Positions 54,156 through 57,349 of a stretch of 57,349 nucleotides of DNA are shown here, piece after piece (position 1 is the stretch's first letter; each line of letters opens with the position of its first letter). The stretch is taken from IMG/VR virus record IMGVR_UViG_3300032213_002371, positions 1 to 57,349 of that record; one strand, written 5' to 3'. The notes beneath the pieces were generated by a model. That model was not told where the DNA came from and made no database searches. It saw only the letters and a program-made list of their open reading frames with translations. Source of the stretch: a virus. Taxonomy: Duplodnaviria > Caudoviricetes. The translations under genes were made by a program, and so were the position numbers.

Positions 54156-54200
54156 AAAAGAGCAGGGGCCCAATCGGTTGTGCCGACGGGCCCCTTCTCC
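54156..54200 (-). terminator. Intrinsic terminator after the spike gene
   Basis: Minus strand AGGGGCCC..CGG..CCG..GGGCCCCT then GCTCTTTT. Confidence 0.65.
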
Positions 54201-54218
54201 TGTCACGCCGGGACTGGA

Positions 54219-56186
54219 CTACGGCTTGATGCCGAACTCCTGCACCTCGATCGCGATCATGTCGGCGCCCGAGGGGCCGATGGCGCCGAGGTAGCGACCG
54301 ACCTTCGTCACGAAGTCGTTGGTGGCGAGATCGCCGTACCCGCAGAGCTTGCCGTCCGTGTACAGGTAGAGGTTGCTACCCGCCGTCGGCGCACCGAACA
54401 GGTTGGTGATCTTCACGACGCCAGCGGTCGCGACGTAGCACTCACTCGTGCCGAGATCCTGCGTCACGATGCCGACCACCGCGCCCGCCGACTTGGAGGC
54501 CTTCGCCACGGTCGAGCCGTTGAACGACACCGCGAGGCCGTCCGAGATCGCCGCGCCGCTGCGAGCGAACGCGCTCTCGACCTTGGCGTGAGCGTGCAGC
54601 AAGTCCGCGTTGGAGTGGATGCCCGCGACGAGGGTGTCGAGGTTGTCCGCGCTGACGGCCGCGCTGGTCGAGTCGCCGTTGATCTTGAACTGCGAGGGGA
54701 GGCTCTTGAGCGCGATCTGGTTCGAGCCGTTGATCTGGATGGTGGAGTCGTCCACCTTCGCCGCGATGCCAGCGCCGCTGACGTTGATCGCGCCGTTCGC
54801 AGCCGCCGAAGCGACGAGGGCGTTCGAGGAGTTCGCGAGGCCGTTGCCGATCGTGAGGCTGACCTGCGTGCCGGTCATCACGAGCGGGCTGGCCGCCGTG
54901 TAAGTCTGGCCCGCGGCGTAGAGCACGAACTGGATCGCCGTCGTGCCCACCGAGGCCGGAGCCGGGGTGTTGCAGACGTAAGCCTGATTGACGGCCACCG
55001 GGTTGGGATCGGACGGGGTCTTGAGGCAGTAGACCCACACGCCGGTCGCGCTGGTCCCGGCCGCCATGTCGGCGGCGCGGGTCAGGGTGTAGTTGGGGCT
55101 CGTGCCACCGAACACCCAGATGCCGACGTCGGCAGCGGCGGCGGCGCTGTTGTTGAGGAGGATGCGGTCGCCAGCGGTGAAGTCGTTGATGCCGTCATCG
55201 TTGATGCCCGCGAGGAAGCCGTCCTTGGTTGCAGGCTCAGAGAACGCGCTGCTGTTGTTCGCGAGATCCCAGTACCACTGGGCTTCCTGCTTGTAGTCGA
55301 GCCCGGCCTCTGCGGCGGCGACGGCGTCATCGACGTAGAGCTTGGTGGCCGCGTGGCCGTTCTGCGTCGGCTCGCCGACGGAGAGGGCGTTCGAGAACGA
55401 CGGCGTGGTACCCGTGAAGGTCTGGTCGTTGCGGTTGAGCAGCGCGACGTTGGACGAGAGCGCGCTGTCGGACACGAGGTTCGCGGCGCTGATCGTGAGC
55501 AGCTTGGCGTTCGAGATGCTGCCCGCGAGCATGTCGTTCGTGACGGCGCTGGGGGCGATCGTCAGATCGACGTTGTCGACGTTCGCATCACCCTTGATGC
55601 TGAACGAGCCGGTGACGTCGCCACCCGCGAACGAGACGCTGCGGCTGTTCGCCCACGCGGACGCGGTCGAGGCGTTACCGGACAGGGCGGCGGTGATGGT
55701 GCTCGCCGCGAAGTTGCCCGAGCCGTCGCGCTTGACGATCTTGCCCGCCTCGTTAGCGGAGGCCACGCCCGAGGCGAGGTAGGCGTCAGCGATGGCGGTG
55801 CCGTTCCACACGCCCGTCGTGATCGTGCCGACGCCCGTGATGCCGGTGTAGCTGCCACTGATGCGGCCCGAGGCCACGGTGCCGCTGGTGAGATCGTTAG
55901 CGTTCAGGTCGCCGCTGATCGAGTCGGCGGTGATCGTGCCGGTGGTGACGATGTTCTGGCTGCCGAAGTTCGGATCGATCTTCGAGCCCGCGATTGCCGC
56001 GCTGGCGTCCACGTTGTCGTTCGTCAGCTTGGCCGACGAGACGTTGCCCAAGGCGTCGGTCGAGAGCACGCCGTCAGCGGTGGTCTGGTTGAGGAGCTTG
56101 ATGTCGCCGACGTCGATGGTATCCGCGCTCCCAGCGGGGCGGTATACGCCGTTCGAGTCGAGGTAAATCGCCTTCACGTTCGCCAT
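54219..56186 (-). CDS. Spike/fibre-like receptor-binding structural protein
   Basis: Gly/Ser/Thr/Asn-rich fibre-type repeats (ITGVGTITTGVWNGT, IVKRDGSGNFAA, HAATKLYVD, LTRAAD). Confidence 0.75.
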   Translation of the reverse strand: MANVKAIYLDSNGVYRPAGSADTIDVGDIKLLNQTTADGVLSTDALGNVSSAKLTNDNVDASAAIAGSKIDPNFGSQNIVTTGTITADSISGDLNANDLTSGTVASGRISGSYTGITGVGTITTGVWNGTAIADAYLASGVASANEAGKIVKRDGSGNFAASTITAALSGNASTASAWANSRSVSFAGGDVTGSFSIKGDANVDNVDLTIAPSAVTNDMLAGSISNAKLLTISAANLVSDSALSSNVALLNRNDQTFTGTTPSFSNALSVGEPTQNGHAATKLYVDDAVAAAEAGLDYKQEAQWYWDLANNSSAFSEPATKDGFLAGINDDGINDFTAGDRILLNNSAAAAADVGIWVFGGTSPNYTLTRAADMAAGTSATGVWVYCLKTPSDPNPVAVNQAYVCNTPAPASVGTTAIQFVLYAAGQTYTAASPLVMTGTQVSLTIGNGLANSSNALVASAAANGAINVSGAGIAAKVDDSTIQINGSNQIALKSLPSQFKINGDSTSAAVSADNLDTLVAGIHSNADLLHAHAKVESAFARSGAAISDGLAVSFNGSTVAKASKSAGAVVGIVTQDLGTSECYVATAGVVKITNLFGAPTAGSNLYLYTDGKLCGYGDLATNDFVTKVGRYLGAIGPSGADMIAIEVQEFGIKP

Positions 56187-56189
56187 GGT

Positions 56190-56558
56190 TTACTTCTCCT
56201 GCTTCTCTAGCACCGTCACGGTGCCGGTTTCCGGGTCGATGGTGCAACCTGACCCGAGGTCGATGTTGAGCCGCTTACTGGCCGCTTCGAGGATCGCCGT
56301 GTACTGCGTCCGCGACTGACGCTCATGCTCTGCGGCGGAAGACCGACGGGCGTCGATCTGCGCGAGACGACCCTGCGGATCGATCTTCGCGAGAAGCGCC
56401 TGACGCTCCATTCCCGCCGTGAGTCCCTCCTGCGACGCCAGCTTCAGCTCTGCGCTGAAAAGCCGGAGTTTCAGGATTTCCTCCTGCGTGAGAGACGGCC
56501 GCTCGGGAACCTCAGAGACGACCGCCTTGCCCGACACCTTACGCTGCTTCTTTGCCAT
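56190..56558 (-). CDS. Hypothetical helical protein
   Basis: Packed between structural genes; GAGGTG RBS. Confidence 0.6.
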   Translation of the reverse strand: MAKKQRKVSGKAVVSEVPERPSLTQEEILKLRLFSAELKLASQEGLTAGMERQALLAKIDPQGRLAQIDARRSSAAEHERQSRTQYTAILEAASKRLNIDLGSGCTIDPETGTVTVLEKQEK

Positions 56559-56565
56559 CGCCCAA

Positions 56566-57336
56566 TCACCTCATGGAAAGTGCGGTGCACGGAGCCACCG
56601 CTAGGGTTGTTTCAGTTAATGCAAATCCAAATGCTTGCACAACATGGCCACTGATAATCGGGGGTGTCAAACTTAACGCACCCGACTGGCCGACATAATA
56701 GATCTTTCCCACTTGGAGTGCGTCAAAGCCCGCGTACCGGCCGCCGATCCTGACGGCAACGTGGGTCGCGTCGATGACGCTCTCGACGACACCGACGCAG
56801 GGCATGAAGTCGGCATATCGGCAGTCCGCGGGCTCGGCATCACCCGAGTCCGAATCGATTCGCACGAGCGTACCAACGTCAACGTCGAAGGCCGACACAG
56901 TCACGAGATTCGTGTCGTCGCCCGATGGTGTCGGGGGCGTCGGTGAGGAGCCACCACCCGAGGCGGGCATCACGCCGCCCGTCTGCGCGTACGGTGTCGT
57001 GAGGATCAGACTGCCGGGGCTCTCATCGATCGTCGCCGTGAGAGTCGCGACGCCGACAGAGACGCTCGCGGACAGCGTCACGACGGACTCGTCTGCGGCC
57101 GACACAGCGCACAGGCGCGACAGAAGACCGATGGCACCCGCGGCCCGCGCACTCGACGGCACCACGCGGAACAGGCTCAACGCGAACTGTTGAAGCAAGC
57201 CGCAGGTCTCGGCCGGAAGATATGGGCTCGTGACGGCGCCCGTCGTCAGGTTCAACGTGAGCGGCTGCACGCTCGTTTGAGCCTGAAGCCGTAGGCCGAC
57301 GTTTTGTCCGTCGAGTTGTGTCGCCGTGACGGCCAT
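56566..57336 (-). CDS. Structural protein with a C-terminal capsid-cement/beta-clip-like domain
   Basis: G..VRI...A..A...CVGVV...L.VGKIYYVG..GAL...PP...VQ..G.A pattern. Confidence 0.55.
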   Translation of the reverse strand: MAVTATQLDGQNVGLRLQAQTSVQPLTLNLTTGAVTSPYLPAETCGLLQQFALSLFRVVPSSARAAGAIGLLSRLCAVSAADESVVTLSASVSVGVATLTATIDESPGSLILTTPYAQTGGVMPASGGGSSPTPPTPSGDDTNLVTVSAFDVDVGTLVRIDSDSGDAEPADCRYADFMPCVGVVESVIDATHVAVRIGGRYAGFDALQVGKIYYVGQSGALSLTPPIISGHVVQAFGFALTETTLAVAPCTALSMR

Positions 57337-57349
57337 TCGAGCACCCTAC

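Larger units (their letters stand above)
1571..56861. repeat. Dispersed palindrome GAATCGATTC (often CGAATCGATTCG), about 38 exact copies plus about 10 near-matches
   Basis: Exact copies counted by eye at 1571, 2362, 3775, 5088, 5946, 7526, 10653, 11972, 13319, 15487, 17809, 19147, 20833, 22676, 23129, 24966, 26240, 26649, 28083, 28935, 29613, 30953, 32194, 33731, 33971, 36236, 36718, 37369, 38511, 40916, 45240, 47658, 48705, 50583, 51349, 52115, 53340, 56852. Confidence 0.95.
1..57349. mobile_element. Bacterial virus/provirus segment, probably tailless and membrane-containing
   Basis: Phage-type replication module, recombinase, GH19 lysin and structural block; no cellular housekeeping genes; no tailed-phage hallmarks recognised. 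Confidence 0.85.

Noticed and set aside
1571-56861. GAATCGATTC as a cloning or assembly artefact
   Set aside because: Copies keep reading frames open inside conserved genes and degenerate variants exist, which fits natural evolution
1-57349. tRNA/rRNA genes, att sites and host assignment
   Set aside because: No cloverleaf or att duplication recognised by eye; the host can only be called bacterial (peptidoglycan lysin, SD sites, sigma70-like promoters)

Overview
A high-GC, gene-dense bacterial virus or provirus segment. No terminase, portal, HK97 capsid or tail genes were recognisable. Organisation: (i) 1-8.6 kb (+): small basic/membrane proteins and a cluster of enzyme-like proteins (Nudix, HipA/PI3K-like kinase, two paralogous ART-like domains, one in a 1527-aa protein that also carries a MIB/HERC2 domain); (ii) 8.7-23 kb: replication/recombination (DUF3987-type ATPase, SNF2 helicase, ParB/DGQHR protein, Cas4-like nuclease, Sak4-like ATPase, SSB, UDG-PolA fusion, Cro-like HTH, Rad50-like ATPase); (iii) 23.05-24.4 kb: non-coding region with iteron-like repeats; (iv) 24.4-38.2 kb (+): early/accessory genes (ParB-like, MoxR AAA + vWA/peptidase, clamp-like protein, small ORFs, Cre-like recombinase); (v) 38.3-57.3 kb (-): virion/lysis genes with three tandem jelly-roll-like proteins, many membrane-anchored and basic Cys-containing proteins, thioredoxin, GH19 lysin and a spike. 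The best reading is a large tailless, membrane-containing virus. Three patterns cut across the genes: about 38 exact copies of the palindrome GAATCGATTC spread roughly every 1-1.5 kb; a hydrophobic-x-G-L/A-G peptide motif, resembling adenovirus protease sites, in most virion and putative cargo proteins; and a conserved GCC-loop-GGC hairpin before the RBS of early genes. All family calls and counts were made by eye, without database searches.
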